DNA of 64,000 nucleotides from an uncultured Rhizobium sp. (GCA_964506725.1 CAZDLU010000002.1:44538-108537), one strand, 5' to 3'. Shown: positions 53,093 through 63,402, numbered from the stretch's first letter. The notes: generated by a model from the letters alone, not told the origin. Translations and numbers: made by a program.

Positions 53093-54577
53093 TTATTTAA
53101 CAGTAAGCACCACTGCGTAGCTATTCTCACCGCGCTTAATGAATAAAAATAATTTCTTGGAGGATTTCTTGCTTTCTTCCACGATTTTTTGCAAATCACC
53201 AATTGTAGAAATCGGTGTTTGATTGGCTGACAAAATTATATCACCGGATTTTACGCCTTTTTCTTCAGCTTCTGACTTACCGACAACGTCGACAACCAAC
53301 AGCCCTTTGATATTAATTGATGATTTTCCGCCATTAATTTTGGCACTTAATTCCGCAACATTCAAACCCAAAATTTGCGTGGTAGTTTTTGCCACCTGTT
53401 TTTTTTCTACAACTTTGGTTTTGCGATCTTCATCATCTTTCACTTTTAAAATTTTTACTTTAAAAATTTTCACCTTTCCTTGACGCAACACCGTAATTTC
53501 AGCACTTTGACCAATCGGATATTTCGCCACAAATTTAGGCAAAGCCTTCATATCGGCAATTTCATTGTCATTAAATTTTGTGATAATGTCAGTTGGCAAA
53601 ATTCCCGCCTTTTCTGCCGGACTGTCTTTACTGACTTCAATGACAAAAGCACCTTTGGGTTTTTCCATTTTCATCGATTCGGCAATGTCTTCGGTTACAT
53701 CTTGCACCGAAACACCAAGCCAACCGCGAACTACTTCGCCCTTGTCTTTTAACTGCTCAACAACTTGCATCGCAGTTGCGGAAGGCGTGCCAAATCCAAT
53801 ACCTACACTGCCACCCGATGGTGAAAAAATTGCCGTGCTAATTGCAATAACTTCGCCGCGGCTATTAAACATTGGACCGCCGGAATTACCTTTATTTATT
53901 GCTGCATCGGTTTGAATAAATTCATCAGATTGACCATTGTTAATATCGCGACTGCGTGCTGATACAATACCCACCGACACTGATCCGCCAAGGCCGTAAG
54001 GATTACCTATCACAATTATCCAATCACCGATTCGAGCTTTATTAGAATCACCGAATTTCGCAAATTTTAATTCACGATTAGCTTCAATTTTTAGTAAAGC
54101 CAAATCGGTTTTTTTATCAATCCCGATCATTTTTGCTTTAAATTTTGCACCGTCATTAAGACTTACGGTAATTTCATCAGCATCTTCAACCACGTGACTG
54201 TTGGTTACCACGAAACCATCAGCCGAAATTACAAAACCCGATCCAATTGAAGAAAGTTTTTTCTTACCGCCTTGTTGCCCGCGCAATTGTGATTCCAGCT
54301 GATTTTTAAAATCATCAAATAGCGGACCTTTCGGCAAATCACTTGAAAGAATTTGATCAATTACACTGGAACTTTCTGCCGAAACATTCTGCACAGCGCT
54401 AATATTTACAACAGCCGGTAGTAAATCTTCAACGATGTCAGCAAAACCGGAAACCGCAATTTGCTTTGGATTCAACTCTTGCCTTGGCGCAACCGCTTGT
54501 TTTTTGGGCGCAGCAAAAAGTGATGAAGCGGCAAAAACTAAAATTAATGAATAAAAAAAGGTTTTATAGGAAAACAT
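53093..54577 (-). CDS. degP: Do/DegP/HtrA serine protease with two PDZ domains
   Basis: GSGFVISADGFVVTNSHVV, DLALLKI, TDAAINKGNSGGPMF and two PDZ-like segments. Confidence 0.93.
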   Translation of the reverse strand: MFSYKTFFYSLILVFAASSLFAAPKKQAVAPRQELNPKQIAVSGFADIVEDLLPAVVNISAVQNVSAESSSVIDQILSSDLPKGPLFDDFKNQLESQLRGQQGGKKKLSSIGSGFVISADGFVVTNSHVVEDADEITVSLNDGAKFKAKMIGIDKKTDLALLKIEANRELKFAKFGDSNKARIGDWIIVIGNPYGLGGSVSVGIVSARSRDINNGQSDEFIQTDAAINKGNSGGPMFNSRGEVIAISTAIFSPSGGSVGIGFGTPSATAMQVVEQLKDKGEVVRGWLGVSVQDVTEDIAESMKMEKPKGAFVIEVSKDSPAEKAGILPTDIITKFNDNEIADMKALPKFVAKYPIGQSAEITVLRQGKVKIFKVKILKVKDDEDRKTKVVEKKQVAKTTTQILGLNVAELSAKINGGKSSINIKGLLVVDVVGKSEAEEKGVKSGDIILSANQTPISTIGDLQKIVEESKKSSKKLFLFIKRGENSYAVVLTVK

Positions 54578-54585
54578 ATTTAGTG

Positions 54586-55458
54586 TTAATTATTATTGAT
54601 TTGTTTTCTGCCGAAATATTTAAAAAATTCACTGTCGGGTGCTATCACCATAGTTGTTTTTTCAGGCTGCAAAGCTTGTTTATAAGCATTCATCGAGCGA
54701 TAAAAATCAGCAAATTCTGCATCGCGACCGTAAGAATTTGCATAAACTCTATTAGCTTCCGATTCACCTTTACCACGATTTAAATCCGATTTTTTCTTGG
54801 CCTCAGCAATAATAATTGTTTTTTGCTTATCAGCTTCCGCCCTTATTTTCGCAGCTTCCTCAGCACCTTTCGCTCTAATTTCACGCGCTTCTTTTTCACG
54901 TTCAGTTTGCATACGCGCAAAAATCGCATCAGAATTTTCTTTCGGCAAATCAGCACGCATAATTCTGACATCAATAATTTCTATGCCGAAAATTTTAGAT
55001 TCTTCACTTACAATTTCCTTAATCTCGGCCATAATATTGCCGCGATTTTCAGTTAACAATTCACTTAAAGTAACTTCCCCAATCACTTGGCGCAGGCTAG
55101 AATCAAGGATCCCTGACAATTTACTTTCCAAGCCAAAATTAGTACGCACCGTAGTATAAAATTTCAGCGGATCAGTAATTCTATATTTTGCAAAAGCATT
55201 AATGATTAATCTTTTTTGATCTGACGCAATCACCTCTTCTTCCGCAGCATTTAAATCAATAATTCGCTTATCAAAAAATAACGCATCTTGCATCAGCGGA
55301 ATTTTAAATTTTATCCCGGGAGTAGTAATTAAGCGCATCGGTTCCCCAAATTGCAAAATCAAAACTTGTTGCCTTTGATCAACGGTAAACATTGAACTAC
55401 CGAGAATTGCAAAAATTACGGTTAGAATTATTAGAATTTTTTTGGTCGTTTTAGTCAT
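54586..55458 (-). CDS. hflC: protease modulator HflC
   Basis: SPFH/band-7 domain with an N-terminal TM. Follows hflK. Confidence 0.9.
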   Translation of the reverse strand: MTKTTKKILIILTVIFAILGSSMFTVDQRQQVLILQFGEPMRLITTPGIKFKIPLMQDALFFDKRIIDLNAAEEEVIASDQKRLIINAFAKYRITDPLKFYTTVRTNFGLESKLSGILDSSLRQVIGEVTLSELLTENRGNIMAEIKEIVSEESKIFGIEIIDVRIMRADLPKENSDAIFARMQTEREKEAREIRAKGAEEAAKIRAEADKQKTIIIAEAKKKSDLNRGKGESEANRVYANSYGRDAEFADFYRSMNAYKQALQPEKTTMVIAPDSEFFKYFGRKQINNN

Positions 55459-55461
55459 AAT

Positions 55462-56571
55462 TTAATTCTCCTTCTTCACGTTTTTCTTCACTTCACTAAG
55501 CGGATAATAAGGCGCCACTCCTGATTTTATGGCATTATTATCAATTATAACTTTGTCAGTGTTACTTAAAATTTTCTCCATTGTTTCCAAATAAATGCGC
55601 TTTCTGGTAACTTGTTTGGCTTTTAAATATTGATTATAGACTTCCAAAAATCTTCCGGCCTCACCTTCCGCATTTGCTACCACTTCTTTACTGTAGGCTT
55701 CTGATTCTTCAATCATTTGCGAAGCGGTACCGCGCGCTCTCGGCACTATATCATTAGCATAGGCTTGTGCTTGATTTATTTCTTTTTCCTTATCCGCTTT
55801 CGCAGTTTGTACATCGCGAAAAGCATCAATAACTTGAGACGGTGGATCCACGCGCCGTAGTTGCACTAACACAATACGCACACCTGATTTGTAAGAATCT
55901 AAAATTTCCTGCAATAATTCTTTGGTTTCTACTTCAATTTTGCTTTTACCATCGGACAAAGCACTAACAATCGGTGTGCGCGCAATAATTTCACGCATTG
56001 CGCTTTCGGTAGCTTTACGAATTGATTCACGTGGCGCTGCAGTATTAAAGACAAAATCTTTAATATCAGAAATTTGCCATTGCACCTGGAATTCAATATC
56101 GACAATATTTTCATCGCCGGTTAACATTAAACTTTCAGCTTCCAAATTTCTTTTGTTCGACTTACTGGCATTTGAAGTAAAGCCGAATTCTTCCACATTA
56201 ACAATCGTTACACTTTCTTTAATAACTTTGCCGAAAGGAAAAGGAATATGGTAATTCAAACCCGGAGTTGTTACCGAATTGAATTTACCAAAATATAAAA
56301 CAACGGCGTTTTCATCAGAATCAACCTTGTAAAAACCGGTTGCAAGCCACAATAAAATTAAAGATAAAATAATAATTCCGACAATTGATTTTGGCGATTT
56401 TACACCCTTATCGCCAAAGAAATTTTTTATTTTTTTAATAAAATCATTAAAGCCATCCTCATTATTTGGCTTAGAAAATTTTTGTTCCGGCTTTTTTTGC
56501 TCTTCCTGCTTACCGCCAAATGAACCGCCCCACGGGCCTTGCATTTGATTTATGGTTAGAAATTTTAACAT
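55462..56571 (-). CDS. hflK: protease modulator HflK
   Basis: GPWGG...KP N-terminus, a TM, an SPFH domain, and ..AEGEA.RF..... An alternative start is MQGPWGG at 56544. Confidence 0.9.
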   Translation of the reverse strand: MLKFLTINQMQGPWGGSFGGKQEEQKKPEQKFSKPNNEDGFNDFIKKIKNFFGDKGVKSPKSIVGIIILSLILLWLATGFYKVDSDENAVVLYFGKFNSVTTPGLNYHIPFPFGKVIKESVTIVNVEEFGFTSNASKSNKRNLEAESLMLTGDENIVDIEFQVQWQISDIKDFVFNTAAPRESIRKATESAMREIIARTPIVSALSDGKSKIEVETKELLQEILDSYKSGVRIVLVQLRRVDPPSQVIDAFRDVQTAKADKEKEINQAQAYANDIVPRARGTASQMIEESEAYSKEVVANAEGEAGRFLEVYNQYLKAKQVTRKRIYLETMEKILSNTDKVIIDNNAIKSGVAPYYPLSEVKKNVKKEN

Positions 56572-56611
56572 TTTACTTGTTGTTGATTTTAGTGGATGTT
56601 TTAAAGTATTA

Positions 56612-56695
56612 TTTACCCCTCACCCTAACCCTATCCCTCAAGGGGAGAGGGAACATTCCGAGCTTTTCCCTCTCCCCTTGAGGGAGAGGGGTAAA
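56612..56695. repeat. Family B palindromic element
   Basis: tttacccctcaccctaaccctatccctcaaggggagagg ... ccctctccccttgagggagaggggtaaa. Lies in the divergent hflK/mrp intergenic region. Confidence 0.85.
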
Positions 56696-56731
56696 TAACA
56701 AACTCTAAATTATAATTTTACTCTTTTTAAA

Positions 56732-57523
56732 ATGACAGAAAAAACTCTTTCCGATTTTATGCAGCAAATTCCTGATGTCGTGGGGGTAAAAAAAATTATT
56801 GCTGTAGCCTCGGCCAAAGGCGGAGTAGGAAAATCAACAATTGCCTGTAATCTTGCTTTAGCCCTAAAAGCCGAAGGTCTTAATGTTGCATTGGTTGATG
56901 CCGACATTTACGGCCCTTCAATTCCGCACTTGCTTGGCACTGATGACAAACCGCAAATAAAAGATAATTTACTTTTGCCGGTAATCGCTCATGGCCTAAA
57001 GGCAATTTCAATTGGCATGTTAGTAGATGCCAAACAGGCTGGAGTTTGGCGCGGTCCCATGGTCACTAAAATTCTGCACCAATTAATCAGAAGCGTAAAT
57101 TGGAAAGATGATGGCAAAGAAGTTGATGTTATGGTAATAGATATGCCGCCCGGCACCGGAGATGTTTATTTAAGCATTGCCGAAAAATTTCCTTTAAGCG
57201 GAGTAGTAATTGTCTCAACCCCACAAAGCCTTGCTCTTATTGATGTGATAAAGTCTATCGATTGTTTTGAAAAATTAAAAATTCCAATTTTAGGTTTAAT
57301 TCAAAATATGTCTTTTTTGGAAGTTAATGGTGAAAAAAATTATATTTTCGGCAAAAACGGCGCTAAAGATTTAGCGGCAAAACATAATATAAATTTTTTA
57401 GGAGATATGGCTTTGATGCCCGAAATATCTGAAAGCAACAATGTTCCGATATTTTTGCGCGATGAGAAAATAAGAAATATTTTTACTGAGATTTCCAAAA
57501 AATTAGTCTTGTATTCTTCCTAA
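56732..57523 (+). CDS. apbC: Mrp/ApbC Fe-S cluster carrier ATPase
   Basis: IAVASAKGGVGKST (deviant Walker A), DADIYGPSIP, VIDMPPGTGD and QNMS. Confidence 0.92.
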   Translation: MTEKTLSDFMQQIPDVVGVKKIIAVASAKGGVGKSTIACNLALALKAEGLNVALVDADIYGPSIPHLLGTDDKPQIKDNLLLPVIAHGLKAISIGMLVDAKQAGVWRGPMVTKILHQLIRSVNWKDDGKEVDVMVIDMPPGTGDVYLSIAEKFPLSGVVIVSTPQSLALIDVIKSIDCFEKLKIPILGLIQNMSFLEVNGEKNYIFGKNGAKDLAAKHNINFLGDMALMPEISESNNVPIFLRDEKIRNIFTEISKKLVLYSS

Positions 57524-57970
57524 TGCTTTGCCTTTTAGACGAGAAGCAGTTGCATCAGACACAGATGGTGCGGGCTCACCGGGCTTTCTTTTATATTCCC
57601 GAGCATCTTCAGCATATTCTGCACGATCATTAGCTCGCCCACCACTGGTGCGAACTTGAGCCTGGCTTTGGGCTTTTGCAGCTTGTGCTACTTGAACTTC
57701 TTTTTCATTATCACTAGAGCTAGCACTAGTAGCAACAATCCCAAGGCCAATAGCAGCAACTAACGATGACACACCAATCATCAAAATATTAAAACCAACT
57801 CCCAAACCTGCCAAACTAATGCCACCGGAAAATGGCGCTAAAGCCACGGCAGTAGCAATGCCGGCAATACCGGCAAGAAGTATCAAAACCCCGGCAAAAA
57901 GCCCAAATCTTGATTTATTACCGGCTTGATTACCTTCAGGATTCACTTGTTTTATTCCAGGTCTTGGCAC
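57503..57970 (-). CDS. hypothetical membrane protein with a long bilobed hydrophobic segment
   Basis: GLFAGVLILLAGIAGIATAVALAPF-SGG-ISLAGLGVGFNILMIGVSSLVAAIGLGIVATSA, followed by a Gln/Ala-rich charged tail. Confidence 0.55.
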   Translation of the reverse strand: MPRPGIKQVNPEGNQAGNKSRFGLFAGVLILLAGIAGIATAVALAPFSGGISLAGLGVGFNILMIGVSSLVAAIGLGIVATSASSSDNEKEVQVAQAAKAQSQAQVRTSGGRANDRAEYAEDAREYKRKPGEPAPSVSDATASRLKGKALGRIQD

Positions 57971-58048
57971 AATTTTTACCTAAAATTATTATTAAAAAAT
58001 TAATTTCGCACTTATATATCATATTTAGGAAGACTTTGCAAGCTTTAC

Positions 58049-59488
58049 TTAAACCGCGCCACTTCTGCCTCCAACTAATCTGTCAACTTTTTGAGATAAT
58101 TTTGTTAAAGCAAATGTAGTACCGTAATTCAACCCGCTTATTCCGTTACGCAGGTAAGAAACGAAAAGCGCCACTTCTTTACTGATATCTTTAACTATTC
58201 CATATTTTCCCACTTCTTCTGTTCTACTGCTTGAACCTGCCGTTGTTGCGGCTGCTGCCTCGGTTTCACTATCTGAACCTGCCATCGCTGCCTCATCATC
58301 TTTTTCTGCAACATCAGGAGAAACATATGATCCCGCTTTAAAAGTTTTAGCAATACCACAAAAAGTTTTATCAAAAGCAAGAGTAACTAAGGCTAATTTT
58401 CCACAACGTCTAAAAGTATCATTATGTTCGGATTTTATATCTTGAAAGTTTTTCATGGTAAGCCTTATTTCTTCAGCTCTACCATAAAAATCATTCGGTC
58501 CCGCTTCTTCAGAATCTTGAATAAATTTAAATTTTTCCACAACATCTTGTACAATTCTTAATTTATCTGCATCGGGTATTTCTTTGCTATTTACGACATT
58601 ATTGCAAATGTTGTACATAAATTTGAATGGAAGTGATATTTTACTATCATCTTTCACGATTCCACCATCCATAGCAAAATAAATAGGCGTTCCATCATAA
58701 ATTTTATTTTCCCTAAAATAATCCCTTAACTCATCAACTGAGGAAATTTTCTTCTCCAATTCATCATATTTGTCTTTTGTAACTTTATAATCCACACTCA
58801 TATCCCACAAATGATATAAAGAATGAAATTGCCGCTCATTTAATTCTTTTTGCTCTCCATATTCCATCGTAGTATCACTTATTCTAAAACGCGGACGAGG
58901 TGTTGTGCTTGGAATACGGGGTTCTGCCGGTCTAGTTGGATATATTGGCGGAAGTGTTGTTGCTGGAGCAATTGCGGCTACTGCCACACCTCTAGTCTCC
59001 TCAAGTGTTGATGTTGCTTTTGTTGGCGTATTATCAGTGGAAGTGCTGGGGGCGGAAACTGTAGAACCAGTACTTCTTGAATTACGCTTTACTCTATCAT
59101 ATCTAAGAGCATCATCAGAACTTCCTTGTGGCCTCTTGGGATCTGCGCTCGCAGCAAATGCAAAGCGACTAGCTTGATTAGGATTAGGACTAACAATACC
59201 AGTAGATAAGGCATCGTATGGCGTATCTACATCAGTATCGGATGATCTCTCTACGTCATTTGCATCAGCCCACGCATAAAGATATTCTATATCACTTTTA
59301 TAATCTTTCCTTGTTAAACCACTATGTTTACTAGTAGGAGAAGCTCCAAAAGGAGATACAGAAATAGCCGGCAAAGAAAGAGGAACAGCATCGGCATCAT
59401 TGGTACTTGATGATTTTGGTCTAGGAAATTGCGCACCACCAATTGCGGGAAGATAAGAACCGTTGCTGTTTTTTGGGCTTCCCGACAT
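58049..59488 (-). CDS. hypothetical effector-like protein with a ~200-aa Ser/Thr/Pro/Ala-rich disordered N-terminus
   Basis: 479-aa ORF. The N-terminal half is low complexity and the C-terminal half is predicted folded. No family recognised. Confidence 0.55.
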   Translation of the reverse strand: MSGSPKNSNGSYLPAIGGAQFPRPKSSSTNDADAVPLSLPAISVSPFGASPTSKHSGLTRKDYKSDIEYLYAWADANDVERSSDTDVDTPYDALSTGIVSPNPNQASRFAFAASADPKRPQGSSDDALRYDRVKRNSRSTGSTVSAPSTSTDNTPTKATSTLEETRGVAVAAIAPATTLPPIYPTRPAEPRIPSTTPRPRFRISDTTMEYGEQKELNERQFHSLYHLWDMSVDYKVTKDKYDELEKKISSVDELRDYFRENKIYDGTPIYFAMDGGIVKDDSKISLPFKFMYNICNNVVNSKEIPDADKLRIVQDVVEKFKFIQDSEEAGPNDFYGRAEEIRLTMKNFQDIKSEHNDTFRRCGKLALVTLAFDKTFCGIAKTFKAGSYVSPDVAEKDDEAAMAGSDSETEAAAATTAGSSSRTEEVGKYGIVKDISKEVALFVSYLRNGISGLNYGTTFALTKLSQKVDRLVGGRSGAV

Positions 59489-59610
59489 ATAACTTAAAAG
59501 CAGTCCAAATTAAAAATTAAAATGGTGATAATAGGCTGTTTCCAGACCGTTCAGTCAAGCATTTTTAGATCATAATTCTAAAACAAAAATCCCTTTCCAA
59601 AATCGAGATT

Positions 59611-61140
59611 TTAGTGTTTAAAATGTCTGGTTTTTACAAAATAAAGTGCAATGCCTTTTTCATTAGCTTTGGCAATAACTTCTTCATCACGAACCGATCC
59701 ACGCGGCGCTACTATTGCTTTCACATCATATTGTGCTGCAATTTCAATATTATCAGCGAAAGGAAAAAAAGCATCGGACGCTAAATAGATATTTTGCAAA
59801 TTATTGTTTTTAGCAAATTCTGCCGCTTTTTTACATGCTATTTCGCAAGAATCAACACGGCTGGTTTGCCCTACTCCTAGGCCAATTGTTTGCATGTTAC
59901 TAACCGCCACAATAGCATTTGATTTTACATGTTTGCAAACTGACATGGCAAAAACAAGTTGTTCGATTTCGTTTTTCTCAACCGACCTCTGACTTACTTG
60001 CTCCAGGCTTGCTGACGTGATAGTTTCAGCATCTAAATCCTGAGTTAAAAATCCGCCGGAAATTGTTTTTACTTGTACTTGATTTAATTTTTTAAAATCG
60101 GCAATTAAAACGCGTAGATTTTTCTTTTTCGCCAGTATCTCTTGCGCCTTAGAATCTATTGATTTGGCAATAATTACTTCATAAAAAATTTGCGCTAATT
60201 TACCCGCTAAATTTTCATCAATATTGCCGTTTAAAGCAACAATTCCGCCAAATGCCGATTTTGGATCCGATGATAAAGCGCGATCATAAGCCTCTTCCAA
60301 AGTAGCGCCAATTGCCGCTCCGCAAGGATTAGCATGTTTTATAATCGCTACAGCAGGCATTGAAAATTCCAAAACTAAATTATAGGCCGCATCAGAATCG
60401 TTAAAATTATTGTAACTTAATTCTTTGCCTTGCAACTGCTTGGCATTAACAATTCCGCTGGTCGAATTGCTATAAAGCGCCGCTTTTTGATGAGCATTTT
60501 CGCCGTAACGTAAAGTTTGTTTTAAATTTCCAACTAATGAAAAATCATTTTTGTTAAACCAATTTGAAATCGCTAAATCATATTCGGCAATATTTCTAAA
60601 AGCCTGCGCCGCCGCGTTTTTCCTGAACTCAAACGAAGTTGCACCATTATTTTTTTCCAATTCCGCAACTAAATTTTTATAACCTGAAGCATCAGTAATC
60701 ACCGTTTTATAAGCAAAATTCTTGGAAGCCGAGCGCACCATTGCCGGTCCGCCAATATCAATATTTTCAATTATTTCCTCTTCGTTATCAGTTTTTGCCA
60801 CAGTTTCAACAAAGGGATAAAGATTAATAATCAGCAAATCAATCGCCTCAATTTCATTTTCGCGCGCTTGCTTTAAGTGCGTAGCATTATCAAGCACCGC
60901 AAGCAACCCACCATGAACTTTCGGATGCAAAGTTTTAACCCGCCCATCCATAATTTCCGGAAATCCGGTAAATTCCGAAATGTCTTTCGCCTTGATTTTA
61001 TTGTCTTGCAGAAGTTTAAAAGTTCCGCCGGTAGAAATTATTTCGATATTTTTTTCCGCTAATTTTTTGGCTAGTTCAACAATGCCTGATTTATCCGAAA
61101 CCGAAATTAAGCAACGCGATATTTTTTGTAAATTTTGCAT
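59611..61140 (-). CDS. purH: bifunctional AICAR transformylase/IMP cyclohydrolase
   Basis: ALISVSDKSGIVELA, STGGT, GRVKTLHPKVHGG, NLYPF and a C-terminal ..RHFKH. Confidence 0.95.
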   Translation of the reverse strand: MQNLQKISRCLISVSDKSGIVELAKKLAEKNIEIISTGGTFKLLQDNKIKAKDISEFTGFPEIMDGRVKTLHPKVHGGLLAVLDNATHLKQARENEIEAIDLLIINLYPFVETVAKTDNEEEIIENIDIGGPAMVRSASKNFAYKTVITDASGYKNLVAELEKNNGATSFEFRKNAAAQAFRNIAEYDLAISNWFNKNDFSLVGNLKQTLRYGENAHQKAALYSNSTSGIVNAKQLQGKELSYNNFNDSDAAYNLVLEFSMPAVAIIKHANPCGAAIGATLEEAYDRALSSDPKSAFGGIVALNGNIDENLAGKLAQIFYEVIIAKSIDSKAQEILAKKKNLRVLIADFKKLNQVQVKTISGGFLTQDLDAETITSASLEQVSQRSVEKNEIEQLVFAMSVCKHVKSNAIVAVSNMQTIGLGVGQTSRVDSCEIACKKAAEFAKNNNLQNIYLASDAFFPFADNIEIAAQYDVKAIVAPRGSVRDEEVIAKANEKGIALYFVKTRHFKH

Positions 61141-61148
61141 AATATTAA

Positions 61149-62069
61149 TTATTTTTTTCCATGTTGTGCATAAAATCTGGCAATTGGATCCGCCTTGGCG
61201 CCGACAACGCCTTTTCCGGTTCCGGAAGCAGCTGCATCTGTTTTAGCAGAAGAAATAAATTTTGGAGGCTCATATCCAGGTTCTACTGCAGGAATTTCTC
61301 CTAGAATAAAATCTCGCATTTCTGCTATTTTATCCTCCTTTAATACGAAACATGTTTTATCATCTTCATCACTCTTAAATTCACGCACCAAATTACTCGA
61401 TGTTAACTTTATAATTCTTGCTTCGTGCTTTTTTCGGTCTTCTTGAGAAAAAACACAAAAAAAATCAGGAGTTCCTTTTATCTTTTCAAGATGGAAATGA
61501 TGCGGAATAGTTTCGTCAAAGAAAAGTTTTTTGAAGAACTGTTCTTTTTGTTTAAATTCCGCTTGATCAATTCTTTGTCTTTTAGTGCACAACTCCTCTA
61601 GCTTTTTATAGGAGAGCCTTGCTGCAGGATCCCCATAGCCTTTACGTCCAAAATCTTCTTTAAGTTCCCCGAAATCTTCCCGCGATAAAATACCTAAACT
61701 TTTTTCTGCCAATTTACCGAAAAAATCTGAATCAATAATTTTATCATAAAAGGTGTGACCGAAACCCATTCCACCTAATACATAGTTTAATTCTGTTTTG
61801 TTTAGCGGTTCATCACTATTTCTTGGCGATGCCGTTAACAAAAATTCAGATATACTAGAAGCATCATAACCAGAACTACTCCAACCGCCGTGCTGCAAGG
61901 ATAGTGCCTTACAAAAATAGGCAATTGCTTGGGAGTTATCCCCTTTTTCTCGATAAAAATTACCAAGCAAAACCGCTGCGTTCAGAGCCTCATGACTATC
62001 GCCTTTAGCAACTTCACTCTTAAGCACTTTCACATCAATAACAGGCGTTTCTATAGGACGTGACGACAT
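61149..62069 (-). CDS. hypothetical protein with one TPR/Sel1-like N-terminal unit
   Basis: ALNAAVLLGNFYREKGDNSQAIAYFCKALSL. Wedged between cmk and purH with gaps of 0 and 8 nt. Confidence 0.5.
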   Translation of the reverse strand: MSSRPIETPVIDVKVLKSEVAKGDSHEALNAAVLLGNFYREKGDNSQAIAYFCKALSLQHGGWSSSGYDASSISEFLLTASPRNSDEPLNKTELNYVLGGMGFGHTFYDKIIDSDFFGKLAEKSLGILSREDFGELKEDFGRKGYGDPAARLSYKKLEELCTKRQRIDQAEFKQKEQFFKKLFFDETIPHHFHLEKIKGTPDFFCVFSQEDRKKHEARIIKLTSSNLVREFKSDEDDKTCFVLKEDKIAEMRDFILGEIPAVEPGYEPPKFISSAKTDAAASGTGKGVVGAKADPIARFYAQHGKK

Positions 62070-62693
62070 TTACTGAATAATTTTTAAAATTTTTTGCAAA
62101 CTTTCTTCCACTGTCAAATTGCCATTATCAATAACAATCGCATCTTTAGCAATCAACAACGGAGACTCTTTACGAGTTTTATCATTTTCATCACGTAATT
62201 GCAACTGTTGTAAAATTTCTTCATAATTAGCATTCGGCAATTGAGCAAAACGCCTACGCGCCCTAATTTCAACATCCGCCGTTACAAAAAATTTAAAATC
62301 AGCATCAGGACAAATTACCGTCGTCGTATCACGTCCGTCAAGCACCGCGCCACCGAAATTTTTTTTGCCATTTTTAACAAAATCAATTTGGAAATCAAAA
62401 ATCGCAGCGCGTAGTTTTTTGCTCTTGGCAATCACGGATGCTACAGCCCCGGTCTTTTCCGTGAATAACTCGGGATTTACCATTTCTTCCGCAGCAATAT
62501 TTTTCACCAATTGCGGAATTTCTTTTTCAAAATTATTCACATCAATTCCCAAAGAAATTGTACGAAAAGCAATCAAACGATAAATCGCCCCGGTATCTAA
62601 ATGCGGCAAATTAAAATGCTGTGCCAACTTCTTGGCCAGCGTTCCCTTTCCTGAGGCCGAAGGGCCGTCGATGGCGATTACGAGAGATTTCAT
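62070..62693 (-). CDS. cmk: cytidylate kinase
   Basis: IAIDGPSASGKGTLAK.LA..........GAIYR and DGRD. Confidence 0.93.
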   Translation of the reverse strand: MKSLVIAIDGPSASGKGTLAKKLAQHFNLPHLDTGAIYRLIAFRTISLGIDVNNFEKEIPQLVKNIAAEEMVNPELFTEKTGAVASVIAKSKKLRAAIFDFQIDFVKNGKKNFGGAVLDGRDTTTVICPDADFKFFVTADVEIRARRRFAQLPNANYEEILQQLQLRDENDKTRKESPLLIAKDAIVIDNGNLTVEESLQKILKIIQ

Positions 62694-62711
62694 TTTGTCA
62701 AATTTTCTTGT

Positions 62712-63020
62712 TTAAGAATCTTGTTTAGAGATATTTGTTTTATAAGATTTAGAATAAATTGTTAAAGCTAAAATTTCTTTCGATCTTTTTAGGTAATAAA
62801 TAATTCTAAAACCTCCGCTTTTACCAACAGAGCCCGATGAATTCTTAATTCGAGCTTTGTAAATTTCTACATTTTTAAACTCTTATAACTTATTACCCAC
62901 AATAAATCCTTGAGATAATTTTAAAAATAAATCATCAAGATCTTTATTAATATTGCGGAATTTTCTTTTTAGATTTTTTAAATCTTTAACAGCTTTTTTT
63001 GAAAGGTTTATTTTTAGCAT
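62712..63020 (-). pseudogene. RelE/ParE-superfamily toxin gene interrupted by an in-frame TAA
   Basis: My translation is MLKINLSKKAVKDLKNLKRKFRNINKDLDDLFLKLSQGFIVGNKL*EFKNVEIYKARIKNSSGSVGKSGGFRIIYYLKRSKEILALTIYSKSYKTNISKQDS*. The internal stop is at 62883-62885. Confidence 0.65.
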
Positions 63021-63040
63021 AGTTTGTGGTGTAATGAAAT

Positions 63041-63355
63041 TTACATTTTTTCCAACTCTTGTTTTACTTCATCCCAAGAGTAAGTCTCCTCCTCCCCACT
63101 TTCAATCCGCTTAATCATACGCAGCAAATAAGGTTTAAGCATTTTCTCCGCTTCTTTTTCGGTAATATATTTAGAATTTTTTTTCTTAGTTTTTTTCATA
63201 GGCTTTTTAGCAATTGGTTTTTTCTTGGAAGTTTTTTTTAATTTTTCCGTCACTGCATCAATAAAAAAATCTTTTATCGTTTCGCCATGAGCCGAAGCCA
63301 TAGACTTAACAGCGCGATGGAGTGAATCGGGAATTTCTAAAGTTAATTTTGACAT
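63041..63355 (-). CDS. ribbon-helix-helix (CopG/ParD-like) antitoxin with a Lys-rich linker
   Basis: MSKLTLEIPDSLHRAVKSMASAHGETIKDFFIDAVTEKL is an RHH N-terminus. Lies 20 nt upstream of the toxin remnant. Confidence 0.6.
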   Translation of the reverse strand: MSKLTLEIPDSLHRAVKSMASAHGETIKDFFIDAVTEKLKKTSKKKPIAKKPMKKTKKKNSKYITEKEAEKMLKPYLLRMIKRIESGEEETYSWDEVKQELEKM

Positions 63356-63363
63356 AAATATTT

Positions 63364-63402
63364 AAAAACTGTAAAACTGTATTTATTGTATTTACAGTTT
63401 TT
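63364..63402. promoter_or_regulatory. perfect 12-bp inverted repeat; candidate antitoxin operator and/or terminator of the upstream gene
   Basis: aaaaactgtaaa-n15-tttacagttttt. Begins 8 nt upstream of the antitoxin start on the minus strand. Confidence 0.3.
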
